Made by a program: the position numbers and the translations under genes
Part shown: positions 26,906-40,087 of the stretch, one piece after another
Position numbering within the stretch: the stretch's first letter is position 1
Layout: every line of letters starts with the position of its first letter
From: Octopus sinensis
Taxonomy: Eukaryota
Assembly: GCF_006345805.1 (NCBI RefSeq)
Contig: NC_043007.1
Span: 71,424,001-71,488,000 of the forward strand
Direction of reading: 5' to 3'
Length of the DNA: 64,000 nucleotides
The notes under the pieces: model-generated
The model's input: the letters and a program-made list of their open reading frames with translations, nothing else
The model's database searches: none
Told to the model about the DNA's origin: nothing

Positions 26906-27862
26906 TGTTCTGCCAGATGCGGGTTGATTAATTAGCTCTGGGGAAGCTCCCCGACCCTGTCAGGTGAATTAAAGTTCAGTGTGTGAGAGACAGTGAAAGA
27001 GGAAGACAGATTAAGGAATCTGAGGAGCTGACAAGCAAGAGGATGATAGAGAATGTGAAAGAGGAAGACAGATTAAGGAATCTGAGGAGCTGACAAGAGA
27101 GAGAGTGATTGCGACAGAGAGATTGGCGTAGTGACAGCTCAGTCGGTTTTTGGTAGTCAGGGCGAGCGGTTGGATTTAGGAGTGAAGATTTGGAATTTAA
27201 GGCGAGAGGTTAGCAAGTTGGATTTAGCGGTGCTAAGAGAGATGAGGTACAATATGAGACATTGGCTATTATAGTAGGAACTAAGGTACGTGAATTGTGT
27301 ATTGATATGTGAAGAAAAAGAAGGAAAGAGTTGTGGTATTTATGTAAAGAGAATCGATGTATTGAAATGTTGAAAAGAAATGAGACAGTAAAAAAAGAAC
27401 AATGTGAACTGTGTAAAGACATTGTGTACAGAGTTGTTGAAGAGAGAACTGTGTAATTAACATTGAACTGTATAGGCCTTTAATGTTCTTTGAACTGTAA
27501 CTTTAATGTGATTTGAAACAGAACTGTTGTCTCCGGACGTGTACTCTTGAAATGCTGTTGTTATTGCATTTGATGTGTTGTTACCTGCATGTTTAAATGC
27601 TTTGATCTGTGGTATACCTGTATGATGTATTGAGTTGTTGTTTAATTCGACGTGTCCTCTTTAAATGTATCTGATATGTATTTGATGTTGTAACAATTAA
27701 TAGTCATATAAACTAGTTGTTAACGTACCCAATTGCCTTGCCTCTGTGTATCTCTCTCTGTATCTCTTCCTGCTGTTGTAGTTGTTGTTGTTATCTCTCT
27801 CCTCTCCGAGTTTCCGTGGCGAGCTTTCCCGCTGATTGACCTAGCGACGGCAGGTGGTCCGT

Positions 27863-27866
<4 letters not shown>
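26906..27866. mobile_element. Possible solo LTR
   Basis: Bounded by TGTT...AACA, ~960 bp, internal ~60-bp-period duplication (26993-27096); no clear TSD. Confidence 0.4.
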
Positions 27867-27929
<63 letters not shown>

Positions 27930-27930
<1 letters not shown>

Positions 27931-28321
27931 TTATATATAAAAGTGAGGTTGTGTGCTGTCTGTCTCCTACGATTTAGATTCCTAACTACTCCCACATTTT
28001 GCGGTGCAGTTTAACCAAAACCGGGTATCTTATAGTCGTGATTCATATCGAGCCCTTCTGGGTATTAGCGCGCGTCTACGATGAGTCTACGATTTAAAAA
28101 AATTTACCATCAATTTTTCCCATTTTTTAATGCATTTTTGGCATATATAAGGGAAGTAACTCTCTAAAAATTTATTATTAAATCTCAGAACGTAAAAAGC
28201 TACAGTAACACCCCCCCTTTGTGGTTAGCCATATTGAGATGGCTATTATACTTTACATCTCTAAAAATGCTTATATAGTTATTTCCTTTACAAACCCGAG
28301 CAACGCCGGGCGATACTGCTA

Positions 28322-28322
<1 letters not shown>
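27930..28322 (+). mobile_element. Non-autonomous Helitron
   Basis: 5' TATATATAAAA..GTCTGTC; 3' hairpin CCCG-AGCAACGC-CGGG then CTAG|T; inserted in (TA)n. Confidence 0.75.
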
Positions 28323-28370
<48 letters not shown>

Positions 28371-28384
28371 GTTCGTTCATATCA

Positions 28385-28670
28385 TGCCATATTAAACTGG
28401 AAACTCTGTAATGGAGGATGCTATTGAATTTTTGAGAGCAAACCCAACACCAGATTCTCTACGCTGAGCCTTAGGTAGGCCTCTCCAAAAGATAGTATAT
28501 CCATAGTATGTTCATTTACTTGACCCTCATCAGAGAGACGAGTTTCAGAGAGCGCAAGTATATCAAGGGAATATTTCTTAAGCCCCAATGCAATAAGTAT
28601 AGTACGTCTTTCTGGCTGACTTCTTGTTGAAATTATCAAGAAGCGTGCGCACATTCTAGCAACCGAAATT
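28385..28670 (-). mobile_element. LINE (RTE-like) AP-endonuclease fragment
   Basis: ERRT..YSLDILALSETRLSDEGQ..GVGFA motifs. Confidence 0.75.
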
Positions 28671-29066
28671 CAAAGGATGTTTATTTTTACTTTTTCTTGA
28701 AAATTGTTTGACCACAGTGGCAGGGTGACGACCGGGCCCAGCCTGTGATATACTGGGACACCTGCCGAACCAGGCCTGTTCCCCTGACGTTCCTAAGCCT
28801 TTTTTGCCATTTACTGAATCTGTTTGAGACATTTTAGAGTAAGTTACAAGTGCACCTTTAGATTTCTGCCAGCCAACTATTTCGATGATTTTACTAAAAT
28901 TTGCAGTACAGGAAGTACCTGTGCAGAGGAATAATTTTCAGTAGGTGTAGCTTGCACTGCACTACCCCAACCAATTGGCCCAAGAAGACTTTCACCGGTG
29001 TGACATGAAAATTGACGAAACCAGGAATTTCCAAGGACTCTATATAATACACACACACACACGCAC

Positions 29067-29133
<67 letters not shown>

Positions 29134-29682
29134 GTTATAGACATACACATATACACACACATTATACTCTGTTTTAAATAAATTGGAAGCTGTTTAGTAT
29201 ACTAAAAATAGCAGTTATTAAACATACAAAACAACCACAATTCTGATCACCTAATATGCTTCAAAGCGAAAACAAGTCCTCTGCAGTATATTAGAAGGCG
29301 AGATTAGTTGATATCACCTGAAAACAAAACGAGTTTTTAAAAATATCTCTGTGGTGGAAGTAGGGAATTTCTGAGGTGCAAGTTGAGTAGGAATCTGGTG
29401 CCCACCAAATTTGTTCCCAATTGGGCCCCGCACGTCCTAAGTCCAGCCTTGCGTGCAACACTACACACAAGGTGAAGCTGAATAAACACTACTCAAACTT
29501 TAGGTTGGAAGCGAAAGTCAACAGTACTTCTTCATCTAGACTTACAAATAGCTTAACAAAAATATTCAGTAGAGTACGATATAAAATGGTTCATTGTAAT
29601 GCAAACCTAACCGCAATGCAGGTATAACAAGTGCAATTTCTGCATTTCAGAAATCATAACTATCATGCAATGAAGCAATTAC

Positions 29683-30098
29683 GGATCTTTTCGGTTTGAA
29701 CAGCAGTTTTTAACATAATTTCTAGGTAACCAAAAAGTTTTAAACTTCGTATACTGGTAGAATGTGTTTATAAAACATCTTTTTCTCTTGGCTTTATTGA
29801 GAAAATTCTATAGTTTGTAAGATATTTGTTGTTTTTTTTCTTCTTCAATTTCTGCAATTTCAACCAATCACTGACACTATTGAGGTAAAAAAAAACATTC
29901 TGTGCCGTATGAATATGTCCCTCGTTTAAGAAACAGATTGGGTTTATTTACATTTGTGAAGGAAAAAAGATACCCTTCCCCCTAACCCTAACCCGAAAAT
30001 AGATTGAAATGCAGTAGATCGATACTAGGGTCATAATTATGGGTGGCAATTTCATATGACACCGCTAGAAAAAACTGCCGTTCAAACCGAAAAGATCC
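29683..30098. mobile_element. MITE with ~28-bp TIRs and 8-bp TSD (Merlin-like)
   Basis: TIR GGATCTTTTCGGTTTGAAC(A/G)GCAGTTTTT; TSD GCAATTAC at 29675-29682 and 30099-30106. Confidence 0.9.
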
Positions 30099-30708
30099 GC
30101 AATTACAATTAGTACAAATACTAATTTTCTACCCTGATACTTTTCTGTTTAATTGTTTTACCGCTCTTCTGGTTCGATATTCCCAAATTATTTGTAACCT
30201 TATATTTCCACCTCACATGTGACACTGATTTGTACAAAAATCGTTCGCCGTACGCAGACATGCCAATGAACATATGAATGCATGTATATTTCAGAGTCTC
30301 TAAGTTTCCCGTTATTCCTTTTGTATTATACTTTTATTGTACCTTTATATATTTTTATATTCCGTTTGTTTTCTCCGTATATTTCCTTTTTTTTTTTTAC
30401 CTTTTCCTTATAAGCTCTGTAACCCCCCGCTTTTAATCTCTACACAGATGCGTGTTGATGCATATACGCTTCATGTATGCATGTATGTGCGAATGTTTGT
30501 GCGTGTGTGCGTGTGTGCGCGTGTGTATGTACATACCTATGGGTGTGTACGTGTACTTTTGCGTATGCATTTACGTGCGAATGAGTGTTTACATATTGTG
30601 GGCGTACACGCAGTTGGTGTGTGTGTATCTGTGCATGCATTTGCGTGAGTCTGTGTATGCAGGAGGGTATATCAGTTCTATGGACGCCTTATATTTCTAC
30701 AGAGTGAA

Positions 30709-31507
30709 CGCCACCCCCATACTCTTACGCCACCCCATACTCTTACGCCACTCCCATACTCTTACGCCACTCCCATACTCATACGCCACCTCATATCCTT
30801 ACGCCACCCTCATACTCTTACGCCATCCCCATATCCTTACGCCACTCCCATACTCTTACGCCACCCCATACTCTTACGCCACCCCATACTCTTACGCCAC
30901 CCCATACTCTTACGCCACCCCATACTCTTACGCCACTCCCATACTCTTACGCCACCCCCATACTCTTACGCCACCCCATACTCTTACGCCACTCACATAC
31001 TCTTACGCCACCCCCATACTATTACGCCACCCCCATACTCTTACGCCACCCCATACTCTTACGCCACCCCTATACTCTTACGCCACTCCCATACTCTTAC
31101 GCCACTCCCATACTCTTACGCCACCCCCATTCTCTTACGCCACTCCCATACTCTTACACCACCCCCATACTCTTACGCCACTCCCATACTCTTACGCCAC
31201 TCCCATACTCTTACGTCACCCCCATACTCTTACGCCACCCCATGCTCTTACGCCACTCCCATGCTCTTACGCCACTCCCATACTCTTACGCCACCTCCAT
31301 ACTCTTACGTCACTCCCATACTCTTACGCCACCCCATACTCTTACGCCATCCCCATATCCTTACGCCACTCCCATACTCTTACGCCACCCCATACTCTTA
31401 CGCCACCCCCATCCTCTTACGCCATCCCCATCCTCTTACGCCAACCCCATATCCTTACGCCACTCCCATACTCTTACCCCACCCCCACACTCTTATACCA
31501 CCCCATA
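30709..31507. repeat. 18-19-bp minisatellite (CGCCAC[T/C]CCCATACTCTTA), roughly 40 copies
   Basis: Directly visible; explains ORF 30452-31528. Confidence 0.95.
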
Positions 31508-32004
31508 TTCTTAGATAATAGCTTATGACCACAGTTTTTCACATTAACGGTAAAAGTTTTCTCATTTCTTTCTTCTTTATTCCATTCTCTCCCTTTTTCT
31601 TCTTGTTCTTCAACTTTAATTCACACCCCTTCTTGTATATTTTGGGTCTCGCGATCTGCTTATCGCCCATTGGTTCTTTTGACATACTTCTCAACATTTT
31701 TGGCGTTTAATTTTTCTCTTTTATTTTCTTTTGTACTACTGGCTTCTCAAGTCAGTACTGTGGTGATGTGGACTTGGAAATTCCGGGCGACAATGTACTC
31801 TCCATTTGAGTGAGGTAATCTCGGCGTGATGTTTAGCAATGTTGAGCGAAATTCATTGCTTAACTATTATAGCAAGAGATTCAAATAGCTTAGAAGCACA
31901 TTTAGAAAGCATGTATGTAATTAAGTATGTATGTCTTTATGTATGTATGTATGTTGTATGTATGTATGTATGTATGTATGTATGTATGTATGTATGTATG
32001 TTTA

Positions 32005-32822
32005 TGTGGAAGTCGTTCTCCTTCAGTTAACTCTCCATAAAAGAGTTGTTTTGGCATCCTTGAATCCTTCATTCTGACCAGATGACCACTCCATCTGAGC
32101 CTTTGTTTTAACACAAGAGCTTCTATACTTTCACACTGAGAGCCTTCCAATATTTCAAGATCACTGATGCAGTCCTTCCACTTAATGCCATAGATCCGTC
32201 TGAGGCACATCTGATAGAAACGTTCCAGTTGTTTAAGAGGTGTAAGGACTTGCTGAAGGCTTCCTTAAGAGATGCTTGCATCTCTCCTGACACATGGCAA
32301 GGCATAGCTATTGATCGTAGCAGGTAGTGAAGGATTGTGTGAGGGGACAGCCACTTTTGAGAAATCTCGAGTTGCACATGAGAAAGTAAGGAGGGATGTC
32401 AGGAAGGGCATCACTGTTACACTTCTAGAAGGGAAGGGTCTTTCTTTGATGCTGGCATGCAATGTCTGTTCAAGACCCTACCTCAGTAAAGCTGGACTCA
32501 AGAGTCATCTTCGTAGTCATAAAACGAGACAGATGAGTGACAACCTGGCCACTGGTGGTGGTGTAACACACCATACTAATCATATCTGTCGGGCATGTGG
32601 AAGAGAGTGTAATTCGGCAGGAGGACTTAAACGACATGCAAAGGTACATGAAGCCCAGTTACAACTACAGCCGGCTATTACCAGTAAAGGTTTTAGTTGC
32701 CAATTTTGTACAAGATATTGTAGCTCTTTAGCTGAGCTAAAAAGTCACATTCGATCACAGCACCAGTAACAGTTAAGCTTCGTGCAATGGCCATACTCGA
32801 TAACGAGGGGACAGCCATAATA
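32005..32822 (+). mobile_element. 5'-truncated, 5'-inverted RTE-like LINE with C2H2 zinc-finger tail
   Basis: Minus-strand piece RLRWSGHLVRMKDSRMPKQLFYGEL followed by plus-strand KDLLKASL..WQGIAIDR and three CxxC..H..H fingers (ORF 32311-32769). Confidence 0.8.
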
Positions 32823-34099
32823 ATGTATGTATGTATGTATGTATGTATGTATGTATGTATATATACACACTAGGTTGTCCCGTTTTAATGGTCAAAGATT
32901 TTTATGACAACACTATTGTCCGTTGTGGTGCCAGTGGATGAAAAAAATTTAGACTTACAAAGTAACATGGATCTAAAACCATTTTTGTGACTACACAACC
33001 CTCCCTAAGTTGAAAAAATGCGTTTCTTTTTAAATCAAAATTAGTCGTTTTTACTGTGCGCGAGTAATATCAAATCGAAAGGTATTTGTTTAATATTTGT
33101 TTCATAAGTCTCATGCTAGAAAATTATGGTGCAAGTGCATAATTGTTTTTAATGATTTTATGACAAGCTCAATGAAACATGGTTGACAAAATATTTTTTA
33201 TCGTAATCAGCAACAACCTCCCAAGATATATTTTTTAATTTACTTTTAAAGTATATAATACAAGTTGTACTATAAAAAGAGCCCTCACTACATACCTATT
33301 GAGCTGATTTTTAACAGGAAATATTATGATTAGATGTTCATTGTTCACTTAGCACTTAAGCATGAAATAACTGAGATTCATTTAACTTCCATTCCAAATC
33401 ATCCAAGAGACTGCTGTTCAAGCTCGTTATCCTTTTGTTCATGTGAAGGGTTGCTCAGTATTTGGCTGGATTACTTGTCTGATTTTCTATGTTCAATAAT
33501 CTTTTCATTTTGCTTTTCGTGTCTCGCAACAGCTTTGATATATCTTGAACCTTTTCCGTCAAGAATACATTTTCTGAGAGCCCTTTGATCTTTCTCGGTA
33601 CTTTCCTTGTCTTCCTTGTCTTTTTTTTGGTCATGTCTTCTACGTTTTTGGGCATTATATCAAAAGGGTCAGGTCATTATTTCAAAAGAGCAGTTTTTCG
33701 GTACAGTTCTCTCGCTCTTCCTGCTCTTCTAAACAATTTCTACTTTTCAGACACACCAGCTTTTTGTATGTCTGCAGCAAATCTAAAACTTTCTCCTTCA
33801 CATGATTTATTCAGATAGACTGATTTGAGGATTTCAAAATGATTTTGTAATAAAATCCTATAAAATGAATTTGTTAAGGAGAGAATTGAGGAATTTCAAA
33901 AATAACAATATTATAAGATTCAAATTATGTTTATTTATATTTTTCATTTGTGTTTTCAATTGAACATTCGCATAAATGTAAGATTAAAGCTATCTGGAAA
34001 TGCAAGCAATTATGAAATATTTATTGATTAAATTGTAAGTTATTTGACATATTTATTATTGAAACCAGTAAACAAATGTCTGATTAAGTTTTTAATACC

Positions 34100-36012
34100 T
34101 TAATCCTTAATACACATTTCCCGGTGCAAAAAATCTTCAATAAATGTCTCGGAAACAAAATTAGGATCACACCAATAAGTAACACGTAAACTAACATTTT
34201 CCAAATTTTCTCTAGATTCCGGAGACAACATGAAGAAAAATTTATCTCCTTTAGGCTTTCCCAAATTCAGTTCTGATGTGCCTTCAGCTAACAATGTAAC
34301 AGGATCAGAACCATCTCCTTCTGTTAGCATATTGTTCATTGATACCTTAATATGAACTTTGCCATTCATGCCATACATACTAGTGGCAGTAATTGTAATA
34401 TTCCAAGCCCAGCGTGGATAAACAAAATCAAAGACTGGGTTTTTGTTAACTGACACGCTAATACCTGAGGCTGTTCTGTTCAATGTCAATCTTCGAATAT
34501 GTTTCTCTACATCACATGGTTTAATTCCCACAATTTCATAGGCTTTAATAAAGGGGGTTAGATCTTTCCCAAGATCATAGGCAACTTTCAGCATATCACA
34601 AGCCCCAGAAGTGAAATCTGTATGAGGATGCCAATATATTTCATTGGCAATAAGGAAAACTCGGTAAGCTTCCATGATATCCATTTTTAATTCGTGCACA
34701 ATGTAGTAAAACATAAAATTATAAATGCCACTTCCATGATGGGGATTCATACTTGCTTTGAAGTTATCTACATGACTTACAGATTTATTGTCTAAGGATG
34801 GGTTTGACATAAATCTGTATGATTTCTTATCTTTCGCGATATAGACGCCAATTAACCAGTCATTTTTATCTATATAAGCTTCAGCGACTTCTCCTGTTAT
34901 ATCAGAAAAAGCCTCATTTATAGATCCAGACTGGTTTAAGTAAAGCAATCCGGAGTGTTGTTCTGTGAAGCCATGAGCAAATTCATGTGCAACAACATCA
35001 GCGACTGTTGTAGGATAAAAGCGTGTATGGCCATCGCCAAATGTGCAATATTTCCCATCCCAGTATGAACCTTCATAATTTTTCGCATAATGAACACGCA
35101 ATATAGCTTGTTTGTTTAGTATTGAAGTATTATACCATTCCTGAAACATCTGAGATACCATACTACCATGATAAAAAGCATCAAGTGCTGGAGATATCGC
35201 TGCATTGACACTATCATTAAAACCAACGTCACAAACATAATCAATAGGGTCTGTATTAAGAGAGACTTTCTCAAAACTGTTTTGCATATCTATAACCTTC
35301 ACGTAATTATTTTCCAGGAAACACATTTCACCAATCTGAGTTAAAAAAGCTTTGTGATTTTTGTCACTAAATTTGTATATTCCTGATTTTTCATTACCAC
35401 CGGAACCAGTCAGAACTGTGGAAATTGTATTTAAATTGTTATATTTCAATAGTATTTCTCCAGTGTTACCATCAATGACAAACGTAGGCCGTTTGATAAC
35501 TTTTTCATTTTCTATTCGATAATTAATATAGTATGCTAATCGAGGTTTGTCATTTTCATCCATGAAAATCATAATTTCATACTCTGGTTCGATACTATTT
35601 GCGTAAATCTCATCTCCCTCTGCTTTAAAAGCAATATCAAAGACATCTGATTTGGAAAGCTTTGGTTTTACATTTGTAATATCATCTTCAATTCCTTGAA
35701 TAAGTGTACCTGTTGCATCACCAGTCAGATGTCCATCTTTATCTTCTGTAACAGTTAATGAAGCATCAAAAATAGGAACACCTAAGAACTTCTCTTGTAA
35801 GCGTAAAACTTCTGTGCCTTCAACTGTTTTGATACGGTTTGACTCTTCAACTTCTTCATACTCCTTCAAACCAAGAAGATCTCTGACTGTCACTTCAGCT
35901 TTATCTAAATGACGCCGCTGAAACGGAGCTGAAGGATGATAAACCATCCTCCTTGCTCTTTCATGGGCATCAACACGATAAGCAGCTTCAGATGTCTTTA
36001 TCAGTAACAAAC
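34100..36012 (-). CDS. M4 zinc metalloprotease copy 2, exon 2
   Basis: 636-aa frame with HEFAH, GSINEAFSD and NPHHGSG; acceptor tttttag|GT at 36014-36013; colinear with copy 1. Confidence 0.95.
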
Positions 36013-36999
36013 CTAAAAAATGAAAACATTACGATTATTAATAACAGAACCATTAGGAGTTTTTCTTTACGATGGAGACTAATTTTTTTGACAATACATT
36101 CATACATGGTGAATAAACAGCAGGGTTAGGCCTGTATCTATTTGGAAAAGCATTGAACTAGTTTTCAATTCAAATTAATACAAATATAAGCTTATAATTT
36201 AAAATATATTGCTCACTAAAAGAAATACATGAGTCTGACGCGTTTCAGCATGAACAAATTCATCCAAATAGAAATTCAATGAGTTTCTATAGTTAATTTA
36301 ATGTTTGGTGGAATAGGGAGGTGATTTGTTAGATGGAATGACTAATTTTAAGTGAATGGATGTGTATATCCTTTTAGTAAAACAACAACCTCTTTCTGAA
36401 AACTACAAGTTAACTAAGGTCTGTACATTTTTGGTGTAGGATAACTTTGCTGATGATTTGAATGCATTCTGGTTATATTCGACGTTGTTTTTTAAGTTGC
36501 ATTCCAGTATTTTTTACTTCATATGTCCCTTCAAGCGATTCATCATTGACTTACAATGATTATAACAAAAAGCTATCAAATGTATTATTAAAAGTGAAAA
36601 ACCTGAAAATTATAACCTTGATTAGTGTATGACTTATAAGTCATTTATGGGCATATACTTGATGCTAGAATCTTTGAGATGCAATTATATAATTTCGTGT
36701 AGAGTAGTACATTAGGTTACTAAAGCCATTGTTCCCTGATGAGTGTAAGACTTATTCGGCAGTTATGGGAATATAAATATGATGTAAGAATCTTTAAAAA
36801 TGCAAATTTATAGTTTCATGTTTAAGAATTATAAATATAGAGTAGTATTGCATTTTGTTTATCTGAATTCCAACAGAATGACATTTATGCTTTATTTCAA
36901 TATTCATATAAATTCTGCTTCATACCAAACACTCTATTGTATAACATAATTATTTTTCTTGGCTAAATAATCTGCAATAGAAAAGAACAATTAGCTGTT

Positions 37000-38280
37000 G
37001 ATCAACTGTTAATGTAAAGGTAGGAGATTGTAATAGAAACACCACTGATAACGCTATTTAAAACAGATCTAAGGTGATTGGATTTGACATTAATATAATG
37101 GAAGTATTCATTATTTTTATGGTAAGGGTAGTATGAGTCAGGGTTTACGCCTAGAGTAACATCTAAAAAGTTAGTTAATGCAGTGCTATTTTTGATAGAA
37201 ACACAAAGTTTATATATGTTAAAGAATTTATGGCGGGCTTTCTGGGTTTGCTCTAAACTGGAATTCGAATATATTTGGTAGCTACGAAAAGAACTTCGTA
37301 CTTATAGCAATCATTCCTAGCTAAGGAATGCATGTTAATTCATTATAAAAGTAAGATGTACAATGTTGGTAACTTGAACAAAATACAAATATCCCATTGG
37401 AATGTCGAAGTAGTCCTTAATAGAATTTCTAGATCTTCTTATGTTGATAAAGTATATAAGGTAATTTCATGCCATTACTATAACATCTATATCTGAGTGA
37501 GAGGAAAGGTACCGATTTACTCAGAAAAATGGGAAACTGGTTTGTAATAATTGGTAATGTCAAACTGGAGAAACAAAGTATTTGTTTTGTTTTGGGAAGT
37601 GGGGATAAACCACATCCGTTCTGTTCCAAAGATTAAATTTATTTGGTCCCTTACTATTGGAAAAAGTCTAACTAAAATATTGTTAATGATAAGTTCTAGT
37701 TCGGATTTGTTGGGGCAGGCCAACCTGATTAAGGGTTTATTGAGGAAGTTCAGCTTATGAGATTTCAAACTAAGGTTTGTGTGATGGAGGAGGGTTAAGG
37801 GTATAACGATCAGTCCTATCATCTTACTTTTAGGTCTCCAATAAAGTTTAGGTATTGGTCATTGATCTTCTGAAGTGCACTCTTATTTTCCATGATGATG
37901 AAATTTTATATATATCCATCGAGCGCAAATAAGGTTTTGGTTTTATCAGTAATTACATGTATGTACAGCGATTTTGTAATTCTTAAAATTGTCCTTAATA
38001 GTTTATTTTGCAAATAGCTAATGTATTTAGAAAACGTGATGCCTATGATCATATGTAGTAAGACACTCTCAGATTTATCAAGCAAGCTACGATATTATGC
38101 ATTGGGTTCTTGTATATTTATTTTTAGATTAAAAGATTACTTCTTAATAGGTTTTGATGTTTAGCAGAAAGCTCGACCATTATACTCTTCTTTCCATATC
38201 ATTTGTTTTTTGAAGCAGTATTACAATATGAATGTTCCAAGGTTGAATAAGGATATCCTTCATCAAAGAACCTAAGAATT
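37000..38280 (-). mobile_element. Penelope-like RT relic
   Basis: HHTNLSLKS..IRLACPNKSEL..QFDITNYY..GLLRHSNG..FLDVTL fragments, heavily frameshifted. Confidence 0.65.
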
Positions 38281-38608
38281 GGGTATTTATAGTACGTGGC
38301 ACCACATGTAACTAGAGATAAGAAGATATGCAGCTCTAGAATATCAACTAATTGTCTCTTGAGAGGCTTACCGTTGGCGATTTTTTTTCCTCTGTCTTCT
38401 CTTCTCTGGATCTTTCCTACTCCTATGTTTCCGACGAAGAGCTCCGCTCGAAACGTTAAACCCTCCTTCTATCCTTCTTTCCTGAGCGTCCAATAATACT
38501 ATATTTGTTCCACGTCCTCGCGTTGTTGTGTTTTTTGTGCTTTCTTGTTTGGATTAATTATATATATATATTACTTTAATCTGTAATGATAATAATAGGA
38601 ATAGTATC

Positions 38609-39070
38609 GTGACCAATGCTAGCAATAATAATTACACCTATCATAACAATAAAAACTCCGTATTATCCAAAAATTCCGTATTATCCAAAAATTCCAAAAT
38701 TAGAAACACAATTTACCAATGCAAAATTTCTTCGGGTACCGATGTCTTCTTTTACATAGGGGCAACTTCATCTAAATTAGCCCAAAGGATCCCCAACCAT
38801 TATTCAACTTTCCGAGATAAGAGAAAACAACACAGCACGGGATTAAGCAAACTAATTTGGCGTCTGAAAGACAGCAATTCAACCTTCAAGCTGGAATGGT
38901 CCATTTTGTCGGTATCCGTTCCGTTTGATAAGGGCAGAAAAATTTGTGTCGTCTGTAATTCTGATTTTTTTCATATATCATTCGCCAAAGTACCTTTAAT
39001 AAATTCAATCGTCGAGAGGTCCTACAGGTGCTTGCACTGGAGAAAACACACCTTTCACTCATATCAATAA
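38609..39070 (+). mobile_element. Penelope-like GIY-YIG endonuclease fragment
   Basis: IYQCK...FYIGATS...HYSTF...LSKLIW..CVVCNSD; followed downstream by a hammerhead motif. Confidence 0.8.
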
Positions 39071-39653
39071 TGACTAATATAGATAACCCCCTTGAATTTT
39101 AATTAATATATTTCCATTTATATATTTCACCCCTTTAGTTTAAAAAAAAATGTTATGCTTTCAAAGACATACTACCCAGTCCATTGAGGTTTGTTTTGCC
39201 TTTGTCCCAATACCTCACCCTCCTCTTTCTCTTTTTTTTCTTTCTCTTTCCCTCTGTCTATAGTAATCAAGCACACAGACATATATCTGCTACAACACCA
39301 CTATCTGTTTTTTTTTACATCTACCCATCCACATACACATTCACGCACACACATACACACACATAGGTATTAATACAGTTATATTCATTCACTCACACAG
39401 ACACTCATTCACAAAAGAATTTAACAAAACCCACCATATATACGACCTGTTCCAAATCACCTTACTTTTCTTAGGCCTCTCTCCCCCTACTTCGTTTGAA
39501 CTCTTGAACCTTTAGAACCTTCTAGAATTTTCTACATTCAACCAGTTTGACGTCACTCCTTATAAAGGAATATTAAAGAGACACTCATTATCGCTATGCG
39601 TTCCGTGAGAGCAGTCATCTAAAAGTTTTTGTGAATCTTGATGTTGACATAAA

Positions 39654-39752
39654 TTCCTTGTTTTTCCTGATGAGAAAGCGGCATAATGTACTCCTTATTC
39701 CTTCACAATTAGGAATATGCAGCCTTCGAAACATATGTCGATAATAAAGGAA
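39654..39752 (+). ncRNA. Type I hammerhead ribozyme motif
   Basis: CUGAUGA (39667-39673), stem II GAAAGCGGCAUA/UAUGCAGCCUUC, GAAAC-AUAU-GUC (39728-39739), imperfect stem I. Confidence 0.7.
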
Positions 39753-39931
39753 ATTTGTTAATTTGTCGTTCAACTCTATTCTTTCATTTATTCATAAATT
39801 TTATTAAAATACACACACATTTATACACGAAAACACGTTGTCTCTGCGCTAGGCACGTAACTTCAACCGTGTTATTTCTGATGTGAATTTGCTACCCAGG
39901 TATCGATTAAAAGATATTTCATTTTTCTACT

Positions 39932-39997
<66 letters not shown>

Positions 39998-40087
39998 GTA
40001 TGTATGTATGTATGTATGTATGTATGTATGTATGTATGTATTATGTATGTATGTATGTATGTATGTATGTATGTATGTATGTATATA

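Noticed and set aside
30709-31507. CRISPR-like array
   Set aside because: Head-to-tail units with no unique spacers, no cas genes, eukaryotic context.
30452-31528. 358-aa ORF with YSYATP/ILLRHP repeats resembling a structural or cuticle protein
   Set aside because: Translation of an 18-19-bp minisatellite whose unit lengths shift frame; the N-terminus is GT microsatellite.
32311-32769. Stand-alone C2H2 zinc-finger gene
   Set aside because: Continuous with RTE LINE C-terminal motifs and ends at a LINE-type tail; no real start codon.
32868-33820. Possible DNA transposon relic downstream of copy 2
   Set aside because: Looks like an insertion, but I could not identify paired TIRs or a diagnostic transposase motif.
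38425-38460. Additional minimal hammerheads (also ~44553-44580, ~11213 and ~12117)
   Set aside because: Core is mutated (CCGACGA, TTGAAGA) or stems I/III cannot be formed; likely dead Penelope-type termini.
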